NCBI GenBank assembly: GCA_964016885.1
Contig: OZ024740.1
Span: 151,838,001 to 151,902,000 of the forward strand
Reading direction: 5' to 3'
From: Eledone cirrhosa
Taxonomy: Eukaryota
Length of the DNA stretch: 64,000 nucleotides
Positions 12,595-30,740 of this stretch are shown here, piece by piece. Below the pieces are notes generated by a model. That model was not told where the DNA came from, ran no database searches, and saw only the letters and a program-made list of their open reading frames with translations. Numbering within the stretch: position 1 is the first letter of the stretch; each line of letters starts with the position of its first letter. The translations under genes were made by a program, and so were the position numbers.

Positions 12595-15321
12595 AGAAAA
12601 AAAGATGAAATCGAAAATGCAACTGGAGTCTTACTTTTAAAAAATATATATATCTATTTGGTTCCTTTACCGGTTTCACAGTTCTTCTGCCTTTCAAAAG
12701 TAGAGTTGAGATGGAGGAGCTGTGGTTTTTCTCACATATGGTTGGTCTTTGAATGTTACTTGTTTTATATGGAAAAAAGTGGCTCGAAACGCCTGGTTTT
12801 TACAGAAGTAATTTGATTGGTTGGTCAATAAGTATAATAAATTTCGCGCCAGTTCACGTTACAAAGTTCTTCAAACAAGGGGGGGGGGGGGGCTCAGGTT
12901 GTTTTTTCATATATGAGTGTTTGAATTTCTTTTTACTTAAAAAAAGGGGGCTCACGAAGGCTTTTTTTAAAATGCAATTTGATTGGTTATAAATGAAATT
13001 ATGACTGTCACGTGAGCAAGTTCATTAAATTTCGCGCCCGTATTTGGGAATTTATTTTGTAGCCTTTTAGAGAATGTTATGACAAGCAAAAGAATGGTCA
13101 AGAGCAATGGGATGGGAGAATTGTTCTGGTTCAGTGAATATGGCTAGTTCGCTGGGGTGTCAGAGTTCAGATTTTCTATTGAAATAAAGAAAGTAGACAT
13201 ATGTATGTTTATTTGTGTGTTTGTGTGTGTGTGTGGGGAGAATGATTCTATTGGTAGAAATAGGGAGTGAGTTGTGTGTGTATATGGGTGTTATGTGTGT
13301 GTGTCTAGGAGTATGCTAAGATGGAGAGAATATATATATTGTGTGTGTGTGTATGTGTGTGTGTGTAGGAAAATGATTCTATTAGTAGAATCACTTTCCT
13401 AAACACATCCTTTACATTTAATGGCTTGTAAGCTTCCGCATGTCTTGGCTATTCACCTCCAACCATCCAAAGCACACGAAGACGAATATTCCTTTTAACT
13501 TAGCAAGAAGAATTTGCACAATTGTCTCCAATTATGAAACGCGAAATAAAAGACTTCAAGAATTAAAGGAATTCTACTCGAAAGACAGTACCCACCATTA
13601 CTAATAAGTAATGGAATAGAAAGGGCTAAAGTAATAGGCATTGATGAATTACGAAAACAGAAACAAATTCGAGGTACGTCATATATCTCAACACACAACC
13701 CAAGCTTACAAGACTATTCACAAGAACATCCCACTCCTGAAACAAGACCCAAGAATGAAAAAAGCCCTTGAAACACACAAAATAATTAAAAGCAAAAGAC
13801 AACCGAAATCACTGAAAACATTACTCACCAATGCCAAATTACCTACCACAAACCCACAACCAACTGTCAAAAAAAGTGGTCGCTCTAATTGTGGAACCTG
13901 CACTCACCTCATTGAAGGCAACACGTATACACTTAAACCAGGACAAAATTTTGCTGTAAAAAAATCACTTCACTTGCTCATCAAAAAATCTACTTTATGC
14001 CATTAAATGTAAAGGATGCAATGAAGATTATATAGGAAAAATAAACTCACACTCAGAAATAGAATGACAGTTCATCGCCAACAATTACGAGATCCAACCA
14101 CGAGACAGATACCACTAAGCGCACATCTAGACATTTGCGCAAGTAATAAGACACCCAAATTCCAAGTCTTCCCATTTACCTTTGCACTGACGATACAACA
14201 GAACAAATACGAATAAATAAGGAAAATATGTTTATTCAAGAATATAGACCAGCATTAAATATGGTTTAATATACATTATGTCAACACCATAACATGCTAA
14301 CCATCCAAACAGACACATACACACACACATAACACCTTCTACTTTAGAAAATAAAAACCTGAACTAAATAAACCTTAACATACGTTTGCGCTGACAATAC
14401 AACAGAACAAATACGAATAAGTAAGGAAATATATGTTCATTCAAAAATATTCCTACCAACGGAATTATTTTCCTACACACACACATAACCCCCCCTCCAC
14501 ACACACACACACACATCCACACACAACTCCCTCCCCATTTCTACTAATAAAATCACTTTCCTACACACACACACACACACAAAATATATATATTCTCTCC
14601 ATCTTAACATACTCCCACACACACACACATAACACCCATATATACACACACACACAACTCCCTCCCCCATTTCTACCAATACAATCATCTTCCTACACAC
14701 ACACACACCCACCCACACACACACACGCACACACACACAAACACACAAATAAACATACATATGTCTACTTTCTTTATTTCAATAGAAAATCTGAACTCTG
14801 ACACCCCAGCGAACTAGCCCCATATTCACTGAACCAGAACAATTCTCCCATCCCATTTCTCTTGACCATTCTTTTGCTTGTCATAAAATTTTCTAAAAGG
14901 TTACAAATACAGGCGCGAAATTTAATGAACTTGCTCACGTGACAGCCATAATTTTATTTATAACCAATCAAATTACATTTAAAACAAAAAAAGCCTTCGT
15001 GAGCCCCCTTTTTTAAGTAAAAAGAAATTCAAACACTCATATATGAAAAAAACAACCTGACCCCCCCCCCCCTTGTTTGAAGAACTTTGTAACGTGAACT
15101 GGCGCGAAATTTATTATACTTATTGACCAACCAATCAAATTACTTCTAAAAAAACCTGGCGTTTCGAGCCACTTTTTTCCATATAAAACAAGTAACATTC
15201 AAAGAACAACCATATGTGAGAAAAACCACAGCTCCTCCATTTCAACTCTACTTTTGAAAAGCAGAATATATATATATTTTTTAAAATAAGACTCCAGTTG
15301 CATTTTCGATTTCATCTTTTT
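12595..15321 (+). mobile_element. 5'-truncated Neptune-type PLE flanked by ~800-bp inverted pLTRs
   Basis: Body 13391-14270 encodes frameshifted RQYPPLLI, IPLLKQDPRMKK, KRQPKSLK, KKSGRSNCGTCTHLIEG and C..C..DYIG. 12595-13390 is the reverse complement of about 14520-15321. Confidence 0.88.
12664..12701 (-). ncRNA. Hammerhead ribozyme motif, U3-A8 variant, in inverted pLTR
   Basis: ctt TTGAAAG gcag aagaa ctgt GAAA ccgg TA aag. The other arm (15254-15260) has TTGAAAA but has lost the 3' half. Confidence 0.55.
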
Positions 15322-15344
15322 ATATTTATATATATATATATATA

Positions 15345-15620
15345 TATACACATGTAAAGTTATATTTAAAATTGTTGGGTTACAACTAGTAAATATTTAT
15401 AACTGATATAAAAGCACTCGACAAATATTTGGAGTATATTTACAATATTAAATAAATGGAAAACTATATTTATAAAACCATATTTATTTCATTATATATA
15501 TTTCGGGGATATCATATTAACAATATGCTATAGGCATAGCATATTGTTAATATGATATCCCCGAAATATATATAATGAAATAAATATGGTTTTATAAATA
15601 TAGTTTTCCATTTATTTAAT

Positions 15621-15625
<5 letters not shown>
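15345..15625. mobile_element. Fold-back pLTR remnant, family F3
   Basis: Near-perfect palindrome of about 15443-15625 centred on about 15534. Shares GAAATATATATAAT..AATAAATATGGTTTTATAAATATAGTTT with 58044-58480 and 61203-62201. Confidence 0.8.
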
Positions 15626-15660
<35 letters not shown>

Positions 15661-16094
15661 GAAAAATCGGAGTTCAAGACTCGCGTTAATCCCCTGTAAT
15701 TTTATGAGCTCAAGGGATAAGTACCGGGCTATTCATAAAAGAGTATATAGAGAAGAAAACACAAAAATGGTATGTTTTCAATTACGAGGGGTAGAGGACC
15801 GCTTCAGTGAAGAACGTTAAGTCTACGAAAAGTGTGGAAAATGCATAATAATTAAGGAGGTAAATTAAAATGTACAGACCCACCTTTATATCTATAACAC
15901 ACCTGGACAAACTCAAAGAAGAGAATGTTTCGCCATAAACAGTGTTGATGCCATAACTTCTCAGGTCTCGTCGGTAGATGTAATATATATATATATATGA
16001 AAGATCGATCGACTTTCGCCAAATCGGACCGAGGAAACAATGTTTCCGTCGGTCTTTCCAGTTGCTAGTACTATCTATCGGTCGCAACTCCAGG

Positions 16095-18189
<2,095 letters not shown>

Positions 18190-18190
<1 letters not shown>

Positions 18191-18929
18191 TATAATTTAT
18201 TATAATAAATTGAATTGAAATCATCTGGTGCGTGTGTTTCTTATTGGCAACATGACCCTCCCAAAGTATATATATATATATATACTTTGGGAGGGTCATG
18301 TTGCCAATAAGAAACACACGCACCAGATGCTTTCAATTCAACTTATTATAATAAAATATAAATTTATAAATTTCTGGTTGGTTGGTTGGTTCCACAACCA
18401 GATAGTTTTTTATATATAGTCATAGTTCTTTCGTCACACACTCTGTGACCTATTCAGTGACTGGGGATTCCTTTCTTTGTTTCTGTGCCTCTCCTTTGTT
18501 CTGTCCTACGCCATTTTGTTTCTGTGTGTGTGTTGTGTGCTAAGTCTGCGCATGCGCCACATCCGGGTGTCTGTGTGTGTTTATGTTCATTTATTTATTT
18601 GTTTATTTACATGTTACTGGTTGGTTGTTTGTTCTATGTGTGTGTGTGTTTGCATGTTGTCCTTAATTGTAAGTTGTGATGTTGCTGTTCCACTCATATT
18701 TTCTATTTAGTGTGTGACGAAAGAACTATGACTATATATAAACAACTATCTGGTTGTGGAACCAACCAACCAACCAGAAATTTATGAATTTATAATTTAT
18801 TATAATAAATTGAAGTGAAAGCAACTGGTGCCTGTGTTTCTTATTGGCAACATGACCCTCCCAAAGTATAACAATATCGGTTTCAACACACGATTTCAGA
18901 TAAAGAATCTTGCTAAACAAATTCAGAAA

Positions 18930-18932
<3 letters not shown>
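18190..18932. mobile_element. Composite fold-back pLTR element, family F1
   Basis: + fragment 18190-18268, TA run, - arm 18284-18710, + arm 18711-18932. HHR motif on the minus strand at 18418-18462 (agtca CTGAATA ggtcac..gtgac GAAA gaac TA tgact). Confidence 0.85.
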
Positions 18933-19004
<72 letters not shown>

Positions 19005-19021
19005 TGTATGTATGTATGTAT

Positions 19022-19435
19022 GTCCGGGAGAGATGACCCCTTAGCCTTTGTCAAGGCAGAATTCTAGGAGAAGGAAAACTCTGATATAACACCTGCAACT
19101 CTGATGGTATCCAATGATGTTGACTTGTTCTTCTTTTTGGTAAATATCATCTTGGTCAAGAGAGTGGGACTGGCTTTGTGCAGTGCCTTTGCTCACTATA
19201 AAAGCTTCACAGCACAGGCATTGCTTTATATCTGGAGATCTCTCTGTACTTGTCGTCACATGGTACCATGGGCCCAGCACTATGTGTCAATAATTGTCAC
19301 AAGTGTAGTGTTTATACCAGAGTTTTCAAGTCGCTGGCTGGACTAAAAAGTCACACTCGTTCAGCGCATCGGTAGGGGTTCTCCTACATGGATATAAAGT
19401 AGTGGCCGTACTCGAAAACGAGTTGGCAGCCACCA
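19022..19435. repeat. Interspersed GC-richer repeat, probably the 5' region of an RTE-like LINE
   Basis: High-identity inverted copy at 49704-50115; diverged relatives at about 51440-51620 and 51990-52250. The family assignment is inference. Confidence 0.6.
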
Positions 19436-19461
19436 TATATGTATGTATGTATGTATGTATG

Positions 19462-19870
<409 letters not shown>

Positions 19871-19892
19871 TATATATATATAAATATATATA

Positions 19893-19964
<72 letters not shown>

Positions 19965-21825
19965 TATATATGTATACATACGAATATATGCCAAAATAAA
20001 TGTGTGTATGTGTGCGGGGGCAATGTGTATATTATGCCGATATATATATGTCTCAACATCACTATCAGTTGTCAATTCCAATGAATGCCTTATATGCAGT
20101 CGTTATTTCCGAGCAAATCGGCTCATCATCCATCTTTGGGCACATAGAACCGAATTAATCATGTAACCAATATCATGGTCTTTATCAATCACCGATGCCC
20201 GAATATTATAATCACACACATAGCCACGGCTGCCTAAATGTTTACCCTGTAAAAATACTGTGTTTCTTTAGAAATAGGAAATGTCTATACATATCTGTAT
20301 ACAACTATGCTTGAAGCTAAATCCTATTTCTAATATATATATATATATAATGGGGGAAGAAGAGAAAACACATTCGTCACAGGTTAGTAATGATAAACTT
20401 AAGTAAATCAACCGAGCCGGACAAGACAACAATCGAAAACAAAGCAAAACGAAAAACAATTTTTTTTTAAGAAGAAATCTTTCTAAAGTTATTTTTTGAA
20501 AAAAAATACGAACGAAAGACACAGAACTCCTGCATCATCGGCCGTTGAGATGGATTTTGGCAGTTCGGCGCCTACCAACATTTACTGCTGATCCACCCGG
20601 GGTCACAGCATCTGACACTATAATAAAAAATGTATGAAAATCTTGGAACAATAACACTGAAACTTGTATGACTAAGATAGAAATACAAATTTGGTGGCTC
20701 AGTCTGAATAGGTAGGACAGTGCTCATAAACCTTGCAATGTCTTCAAAACACGAAAGGGGGGCCCACAGGTTTCTGCAACATGAACCAATGCACCATAAT
20801 ATTAAGTTTTCCCCAGAACAGAGAGTAATCCAAAGGTTTACAATAGAGTTGACTCGGTTAAGGGTACCTATAAACCGAGAGCCAGTTTTAAATATGGTAT
20901 CATATCGCCACCCACCTATAATCTGTAGATTTGGAGTCATTTGTAGCCAGCAATAACACTTTCGTTTTAAAGTCTGATAATGTTGTGTCAGTATAAAAAA
21001 TTATGGGTAATTGCTGGCCTTGTGCCAAAAGTAGAAACAATTATTATTACATTAAGTGGTGACTGTACAAGTTTTATTTCATTTAGCAATAACTTCCACA
21101 GGAAAAGAACAATTTCATATGTTTGAAATCATCTTGTTTCGTGATTTCAAACGAATGAAACGGTTTGTCATGTAGGAATCATTTACATTTGGAATAAATC
21201 AAATACACACACAGAAATATACATACTGGCTCTCACACACGCAAATACATACACACATACGCACACTCATACATACACACACACATACAACAAAGATATA
21301 CTATACGTATATATACGCGTACGTGTGTTTGTGTGTTGTGTGTACAAGTGAGAGGAGTATGTATCAGTGTGTCTGAGGGTTTATATGTGTGTGCGCATAT
21401 GTGAGAGTGTGGAGCAGCGTATGGTTGCTAGATGAATCTGACTGTTGACGTGCTATACAGCCACCCTGCTGACCAGTTGTAACAATTGAATGTTCACAAA
21501 GAACATTTATTACCCCTTGCCACCTCTATTATCACTGTCATATGAAACTACAATGTGATACCGCCATCCCTACCGCCATCACCCCAGCGCTACCCATACA
21601 TCTTCACCTCTACGCCACAGAAGTTGAAATATGTTCAATATAATATCCCTTAACCTGTATCACTTACCCTGTGTCCACTTGATACACGGCTTTCTCGAAA
21701 GTCTTTTGTTTTCTAATACCTCAATGTGATATTTTTACACGTGTGTGGTAGACAGCTGGCTAGTTAGATAGATAGATAAATTGATTGATAGGTACACAGG
21801 TACAGGCACAATCACTTACAATCAC

Positions 21826-21937
<112 letters not shown>

Positions 21938-23222
21938 CCACTCACGCACATAAACACGCGCGCAAAGATACTATGTTTGTAAGTATATGTGTATATGTGT
22001 AGGTGTGTGTGTAAGTCGCTGTGTATTGTATACGTATTAGTAGAGAAGTAGGGAAAATATAGATAGATGGATTTAGATACAGATATGAATGTAACCTTTC
22101 ATACTAAAGTTATGGCGGGAACACAAACCTGACAAGCCAATCGCTCAGATTACATCCCAGCCAAAATTCACTAGAAATGCAATAAGGAAATAGCCGTCTC
22201 TCCGTATTGACTATTTCTCTTTTGCTATATTTGAAGTACCTGTGTTAGAGCTTAGGCTCACGATCATAAGGTCGCGATTTCAATTCCCGGCGAAGCGTTG
22301 ATGTTTTAAGCGAGATATTTTATTTCATGTTGCTTCAGTTCACTTAACTGACAAAACCGAGTGATACTCGCAATTCAAAAAGCCAGCCTCGTGATAACTT
22401 GTGTTACCTTAAATCTCCATGAGAACTACATTAAGGGTACAGTTTTTGGAATGATCAACCACTTGTGCCTTAGTTTCACTCGTGAAAGCTGCTAAAGTAA
22501 CCACAAATCTATCTATTGGGAATTCCATCAAACTTACACTTTCAGGTCGATCTTCCTATTATCTTCCCCTATACGTGTATCTGAGTTTACATTTCTATAT
22601 GAACATATTTTAAGTTTATATTTCCATATGTTTCATTGGTACATTTAATTTGAAAGTTCTTAAATAATTTAGTAAAAATTTCTAAATTCTGTTTTGTTAA
22701 TTCAAATATTTATTAATACTCATTACTTTTGGAGAAATTGTTGTAAAACTATGCAGTACTAGTTAAAGATATTAATAATTAATGTAATCACAGAGTTGTT
22801 TGCACTTTTCAAGAAGATCTTGCTAATAAGGTTTCACGTGATAGAGGATGTTGTGATTTAAGCAAGAGCACCAGTGATTCTGGTTCCTATAGTAATATTG
22901 TAATCTGCCTGGAGAAGCTGCGGTTTTTGGGGCATTCATACATAAGCATTCTGTTACTCGGTGATTTTCAATGAATGTAAATGTGATCTTCAGAATAATA
23001 CATGAAATTTATTGTTTGGTTTTGTATATCTTTATTTTCCATTTGCTGCAATACTTTCTAGATAGAAGGAACCGGTTTACAACAAAAGAAACGAATTTTC
23101 ATCATTGGAATCTAGATAACAAAAATAAAGAGATGAACTTTAGAAAAGTGTTTTATGCATGCAAGCATATATGTATGCAATGTACGTACAAACACTTAAA
23201 AATACATTAACACACACACTCA

Positions 23223-23308
<86 letters not shown>

Positions 23309-23320
23309 TGTGTGTGTATT

Positions 23321-23351
<31 letters not shown>

Positions 23352-23589
23352 TTATATATATATATTACAGATGCATGCACGTATGGATGCGTATACACAT
23401 TTAATAAATTATTGTTAAGTGGATAAGATATTCCGTATTGGATATATGATAATGCAAGTGATATATTAGATCTACCACCAACTGTTAATGTATTCAATGT
23501 TTTGGGGAAAATATTTCTTCAATACATTAACTGGACACATGATCGTCTATTTAAGAAACACACACTCTCGCGCACACGCCATGCTTTGC

Positions 23590-23730
23590 AGCAATGAGTT
23601 ACGGCCCTTTATGGTCTGAGTTCAAATCCCGCCGAGGTTAACTTTGCCTTTCATCCTTACGGGGTCGATAAAATAAAGTACCAGTAATACACTGTGATAA
23701 TTGCTCGCCTTGTGCCAAAAGTTGAAACAT
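23590..23730 (+). mobile_element. tRNA-derived SINE fragment followed by a truncated F3 HHR (23732-23780, minus)
   Basis: B-box GTTCAAATCCC and core as in 35563-35752. Then minus-strand ttttat CTGATGA aagcgcacca...tggtgtcctt GAAA. Confidence 0.7.
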
Positions 23731-23991
23731 ATTTCAAGGACACCAAAGCAAATTATGGTGCGCTTTCATCAGATAAAATATAGTTTCCATTTGTTAATAT
23801 ATTGTATTTTTAGTCCTAAAATTTGTTGAGTGCTTTATATTTGCTTGTTGTATCCCAACAAATTAAATATAACTTCTACATATATATAAATATATATATA
23901 TATAAATGATGGTTGGCAAATCACTGACGAAGGACTTATTTTATCATATGTAACCCATGTGCAACCACGCAGTATTCTTCTTTCTTCTCAT

Positions 23992-24045
<54 letters not shown>

Positions 24046-24049
24046 TTTT

Positions 24050-24515
24050 CAGTGACTTCTCAACATAACTGCAGCTCAATCAAGCGGAAAAGGACACTCT
24101 TCGACAAACCTACATTTGGCGCGAAACCAGTTCGCGCTAAAATAAATTTTAACATTCACGTGACTTCTACCGACCAATCAAAATTGTTTTGACTACAAGA
24201 ATTTTTGCAACGCGAATTGGCGCGAAATTTATAGTTTTTATTCACGTGACATTCTACAACCAACCAAATCTTAATACCTCTGGAGCCACTTTTTTCACAT
24301 AAAACAGGAAGAATTTCCTAAACTGATCAGATTAGAGCAAAAATAACGAGCGCTCTATCTCAAAATTATTTTTGAAAAGCATTAGAAATGCGCAAACGGT
24401 AAAAACTTAAAACTAAAACTGAATACTAAGTAATACTTATTACTAATTCATATTTATTCCTAATTAAACTATTTTTCACTGGAAAAAATTTGTCAGCATT
24501 TTCTTTTCCTTTTTA
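24050..24515 (+). mobile_element. Diverged solo Neptune-type pLTR
   Basis: Shares GGCGCGAAA, CACGTGAC, ACCAATCAAA and GAGCCACTTTTT motifs with 14900-15270. Decayed HHR TTGAAAA gcatt aga aatgc GCAA acgg TA at 24372-24401. Confidence 0.6.
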
Positions 24516-24616
24516 CTAATATATATATGGTGAACTAACTGTTGTGTAACCACTTCTACCTAACTCGTCCCATGGACTGAGTGCTCTACCACTACGGATA
24601 TTACATTCCAGTGTTC

Positions 24617-25257
<641 letters not shown>

Positions 25258-25881
25258 TTATATATATTATTATATTATTATTATAGTATTATTGTGACAT
25301 CTATATTGTTTGTGTAAATTAACCGGAGATTATCTATTATATTATATTATATTTTATATAATTATATAGTTTATTATATATTATATGTGTTACTTTTAAT
25401 CATTTCATTACTTCATGTATATTAGATATACGTATTATTATTATTTTTATTCCTATTATGCTTATTTATATTTAAACTCTTAATAAGGTTTAATTTGTGC
25501 TGTTAATGATGGATATGTGTATTGATGTATATGTATATGTGCGTATATATATATACATATGTATATTGTGCCTTTTAATTTTTATTTTTATTTTTATTTT
25601 TATTTTTAATTTTTATTTTTATTTTAATATTGTTACAAGTATATTATATTATATTATATAGTATTATATATAATTCCCGCTCTATATAACCACCTTTGTT
25701 TAGCTCTAGGTTTTTTTTGCTTTGGACTATATTTGTAATATGGTTCATAATGTTATACACCTCCTTAGTGATTTTTATTATATATTTTTACCCATAATCT
25801 TGCAATACTTTAGTGTATGTACACTCCATATTCTTCGGAGTTTTCGGCTTGTATTGGCCGATAGTACTTCTTGTGGTTTTG

Positions 25882-25927
25882 ATTGTCCTGATGAGTCCTT
25901 AATAGGACGAAACATTGTTGGCTAATA
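25882..25927 (+). ncRNA. Type I hammerhead ribozyme in a solo 3' UTR/pLTR
   Basis: attgtc CTGATGA gtcc ttaata ggac GAAA c att g TT ggctaat, overlapping AATAAA. The element ends in (TA)n at about 26072. Confidence 0.8.
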
Positions 25928-26069
25928 AAGACTTTTGATGTATTGAAGGCTTCTTTGTTTTATTTTCATAATTCTTCGGCTCTGTTTAATTACATTAAGC
26001 TATACCCTTTACTGTCATTTCTATAATACGAAGAGGGTGTTTAACTCCAACACGCTCCAGTATTTTAAT

Positions 26070-26142
<73 letters not shown>

Positions 26143-26467
26143 TTATATATATATAGACATATATGCATATACATACATTCACACATACGGACACACACAT
26201 ACACACAAACACTTTTTCACTTTATCTTTATTAATAGTTATTTGTAAGTTCGTCAAAATTATTTCGTCACACATTCTGTGACTTCCTCAATGACTATATT
26301 TTATCTTTTGTACCTCTCTTTCTGGTCTTAATCTACTCCATCTTGCCTTTTCAGTGCCCGACTCTGGAATTGATGGCTCGTCAGACTTGTGGATTTCTTA
26401 ATTAATTATTATAATACGTATATGTATATATGCGTGTTTGTGTGTGTGTATGTATATGCATTTATCG

Positions 26468-26478
26468 CTCTCTCTCCC

Positions 26479-26552
<74 letters not shown>
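26468..26552. repeat. (CT)n microsatellite
   Basis: Direct observation. Confidence 0.95.
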
Positions 26553-26558
<6 letters not shown>

Positions 26559-26960
26559 ACTCTTTCTCTATTTCGCTTAGTTGTCACTCCTGCCTTACCT
26601 AACAACTTCCCATCAAGCATATTTCTCATTCTTTTGTAATTTGACCACTGACCACTCACTCTACTTCTTGTCTTCTCGGCTATCCTTATTATTTCCAGGG
26701 GGATTGCTCAAACTAGCTCGTATTAATTTGTGTCTTGCATTCGATTGTAGCAATTTCCCAGACACATATCGGTACCTATATATTTCGTCTTGTGTTCTTG
26801 TCCAACGTCCGTTATGTTTTCATCCCGAATAGCTACCTTCTTTAGATACACTGGGAGGAATGATTTACAGAAGACAGACAACGAGCGAGAACTGTCCATG
26901 TGGCCTGTCTTCTCTGAGTTTTGTATTTTTCTTATATATCGCACGCTTTTTTTAATTACC

Positions 26961-27010
<50 letters not shown>

Positions 27011-27264
27011 CACGCATTGGTAGACTCTCCGGCGTCTCCTGTGTTGAAACGTAACTATAAATAAATATAACAGAATTGTTCTTGATGAAGATATATTCAG
27101 TTTAATAGAATATTTATTGGTTTTCTTTTGAAACTTTGCGTTTATGTAAAAACAATTTCTAGGACGTATACAGCGTTCTGATGTCTAACACACTGTGTTA
27201 CAATATGCATTGTATGAATATCATACTTCATAATTCAATAGTGCATATGCCATATAATTAATTC

Positions 27265-29200
27265 ATTTTTTTTTCTTTTTACAGAAAAATGTATATAAAG
27301 TTTAAGGAAATTAAGAAAAGAAATACAAAAGAAATAAAATGAAGGAAGAAATTAAACAACAAAAGGAAGAGAAGGGGAAGAAGAGACAAATTCTACATCC
27401 CAGTCTAAACAGTATTTCTCAGCGGCATCTTGAGTACAATCTACCGAAATCAGACTGTGACACCCGCCGAAACAGCCTCTCTGCTTCGGGGGCTTCTGTA
27501 TTACATGAGCTGTCATGTGTCTGTTATTGCGAAGGAAAATTGCAGATCGGGGACAGAGGAAACCTGCTGTGTCGACGATAACCAACAGGAAAATGAATCG
27601 GTCTGTTAAACCCTGGTATTTGGAAATTTCCCTCTCTTCTGCACTGCAGGCGACATTGCTTGGGTCTACGGCCGAAGCGACAAGTCTGGAGGCGGTGAAC
27701 GAATCGCAACACGGAGCACTCCAGATTAGGAATATACGTCTCTCGAATAAAAAGGGAGTTATCCCGTCTTAGCGTTTAAAATCACCACGATCGAGGCCAG
27801 ATGGCTCAAGCTCTCATGGGAAACCAGCTGCATTAAGGTTCGTTCGGATTATGTCATTCAGAGCTGCATGTCGGGAGAACTACCAAAGTCATCAACAATA
27901 GTTCCACTACAGCATCTGTTTGTGTCACACGGAGTCCGGGGCGATGGGCGACTCCGATGTGTGTGCATTCGTCATCAAGAAAGGAACTGGTTGATGGGGA
28001 AGGCACCGGGTTGATCCACGCGCCGCGGTCTGACTGCAAGGCGGAACAGAAGCAAGTGAGAAGGCGTTGGTCATAGGAAGACTCAAGCCGTTCGATAGTT
28101 GACCTGCGCATGATGTTGTCCCAGCTGCGTTAAGTATATTCAAACTGGAGAACAGCTAGGCCATTCAAAGCCGATTCTAATTCGCAAGTAACGTCTAGAT
28201 CTGCAGTCTTGCTGAGGATCTCGCTGATGAGTGTGCGGAAGTAGGAGAGTGAGGATAGGTAGACCAGTAGTGTTAGATCCGAAGTGCCTCAGAAGCCGAA
28301 GTCACCGAATTTTACGGGTATGCTTGCCTGTTACCAATCGGCGCTGTCAAACCTCACATTGCAGATATGAGTTCGGCACTGCGTCAGACAGCACGTTCAG
28401 TGAGGCTCTCCCCGTATAGGTATGAAGGTGCACCACTGAGTGTGAAGAGGAGTCTGGGAGGGCAAAACAATTCTACAAAATTAATAATACCAGATGCGTG
28501 TCAATTAGGTGCAGTCTGTTCGTCATCTGCGACAAGTCAGCATACCTGCTTTCCAGGCTCTCCTGTATGGCTTTCGAAAGGAATGGAGCGCCGAGAATGA
28601 AGGCCTCATTATTTGATATTAGTCGATCCCCAGGCAAGTCAGTTTGAATTCTGAGGATGGCGTCTAGAAATTCAGCTTCTCCGTAGGTCACATTTATCAC
28701 TTCGTAATTGATCTTGAGTTTGGGGTGCAATAGGTCTGGGATGATTGCTTAAGGTCGTCTATGACAGACTCAACCGAGCAACACAGAGTCATGTCGTCCA
28801 GATACCAGACATTGAAGGACGAGCGTACTAGTGAGCAATGGCGTCGACATCCAGCGCAAAGTGGGGCGGACCGAGTGGGATTATCTCCTAGACACCAGTA
28901 GTGGCAGCTTTGGCCACTTATGATGAGTGACTGCGACTGCATGTGGAGGGAGATCACTATCAAGACCATCATTTTGTCGAGCCTCAGTGTCTGCCTGTGA
29001 CGTCGAGGGGGTCAAGCAGCACGGGCAGTACTACCTGTGCAGAGATTCTGAGGTGCACTTAATAAGAATAACTCAAGGAAGGTGGAAACATTATCACAGC
29101 CAGGACATTTCATTATTCGGCTCCCTGTGGAGAAGAGTGTAGAGGAACCTCTGGTATTATTATTAACAGAACAACAGTATATAGCTCGTTTCGGTACCAA
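27265..29200 (-). mobile_element. Decayed CRE-clade non-LTR retrotransposon (RT + restriction-like endonuclease)
   Basis: FNVWYLDDMTL, ILGAP and GAWINPVPS in the ORF track. Manual translation of about 27500-27810 gives LEPSGLDRGDFKR*DGIT..LIW..D..AEEREISKYQGL...DTAG, a PD-(D/E)xK RLE pattern. T-run at 27266-27280 is a possible poly(A) tail. Confidence 0.75.
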
Positions 29201-30621
29201 AGAAAAACAGGGGGCCTCTTAGTAATTGATTCCACATCCTCGAAATAGCATGTCTAAATACAAAAATATAGCAAGATTAAAGGAAATTAATTGAAATTAA
29301 TATTAATCATTATAACAAGTTAACAAGTTAAAATGTTAGAAACCTGAGTGTCGGTTGGTAGAACACAAATGGAAATAAAATAATTCTTGCAACGTGTGGA
29401 ATGTGTTGAAAGATAACATCCACGTAAATACTGAAACTGACCAACCACAATGCTTGAAACAATGAAAAAAATGAGCAGAGCAGGATTTTTCCTCATCTGT
29501 TTCTCCTACCTTAGTATTTGGCAGCAGTGGACGTTGTAAGAATAGAACATGCTATCTGTGGTTCTCTAGATAGAGATGTAATTTGATATAGAAATGAAAT
29601 AACAAATAAAATACACAAATATAATCACTGCATATTTCATTTGATTTACAGAAGACAACAGAATATAAACAAAAAGAGAGATATAAATTAAGAGAGAGAG
29701 CTAGGCAGCACTAGAGAAAGATAGAAAAAGAAAAGGTAGAGAAGCAGGTAATGGAAGTCTGACGTTGTTATAGTATGAAACAGAGTTTCAATAAAAGAAG
29801 TTAAAATTACACTGAAGGAAAGCGGAAGCAACAATTGGAGAATGGAAATTGTAACTGCGAGACGCCTTTACTGTGACATTATTGATGCCCTTCATCCTTC
29901 CGGGGTGGATAAAATATTTTCCAGTCAAGTACTGGTCGATATAATCGATTTTTCTCTTCTGCCAAAATTTCCGACCTTGTACTTATATAAAAAATATAAC
30001 GTTTATGAGAAACAAAGCATAGAGATTGACTGTTAAGGAGAAACTGATAGAACAAGAAATAAACTGAGAGAGATGGAAAGTGAAAGAGAAAGAAAAGAGA
30101 AATAATGAATGATAGGGGAAGCGAATGGTGAACGGAAGGAAAATAGGTAATAATACGAAAGAAAGTGGACTGCAGTAAAAGGTAGATTATTAAAACATTT
30201 TGATTCAACAATGAAGTGCTTCAGTAAAAGCGACGATTGCTACATACAAAAGAGGGGTGATATGAAAGTGTGTTGAGAAATAGTAAAGGATGTTCTAAGT
30301 GTCACACGAGAGAAGACTAGACATAGGCAGAGACAAGTATTTAGAGCCATATCATTGAGTTCTAATTTAATTGAAAAAAAAAAGAAATAAAAACAGTTGT
30401 CCCCGAATTATCACAGTACATATTTAATTAAATGATTCAAGTAATGTTGAAGCCGAGTTTATGTTCACGTAATACAGGTAAATTAAAACTGATGGAAGTT
30501 CAAATTGTTTGAGCTTACGATTAACTGAGTATTATTAGCTCCCTCTGCATAATCGAGCTGAAAGTATATACACACACACGCGCACACACGCACACACACA
30601 CGCACACACACACACGCACAC

Positions 30622-30740
<119 letters not shown>

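Noticed and set aside
14189-14215. CTGACGA in a short duplicated segment (14180-14245 / 14385-14450)
   Set aside because: Lies in the end of the GIY-YIG coding region and lacks stem II and GAAA.
27075-27160. TTGATGA...GAAAC hammerhead-like arrangement
   Set aside because: U3.G8 is uncompensated and stems I and III do not register; at best a very decayed relic.
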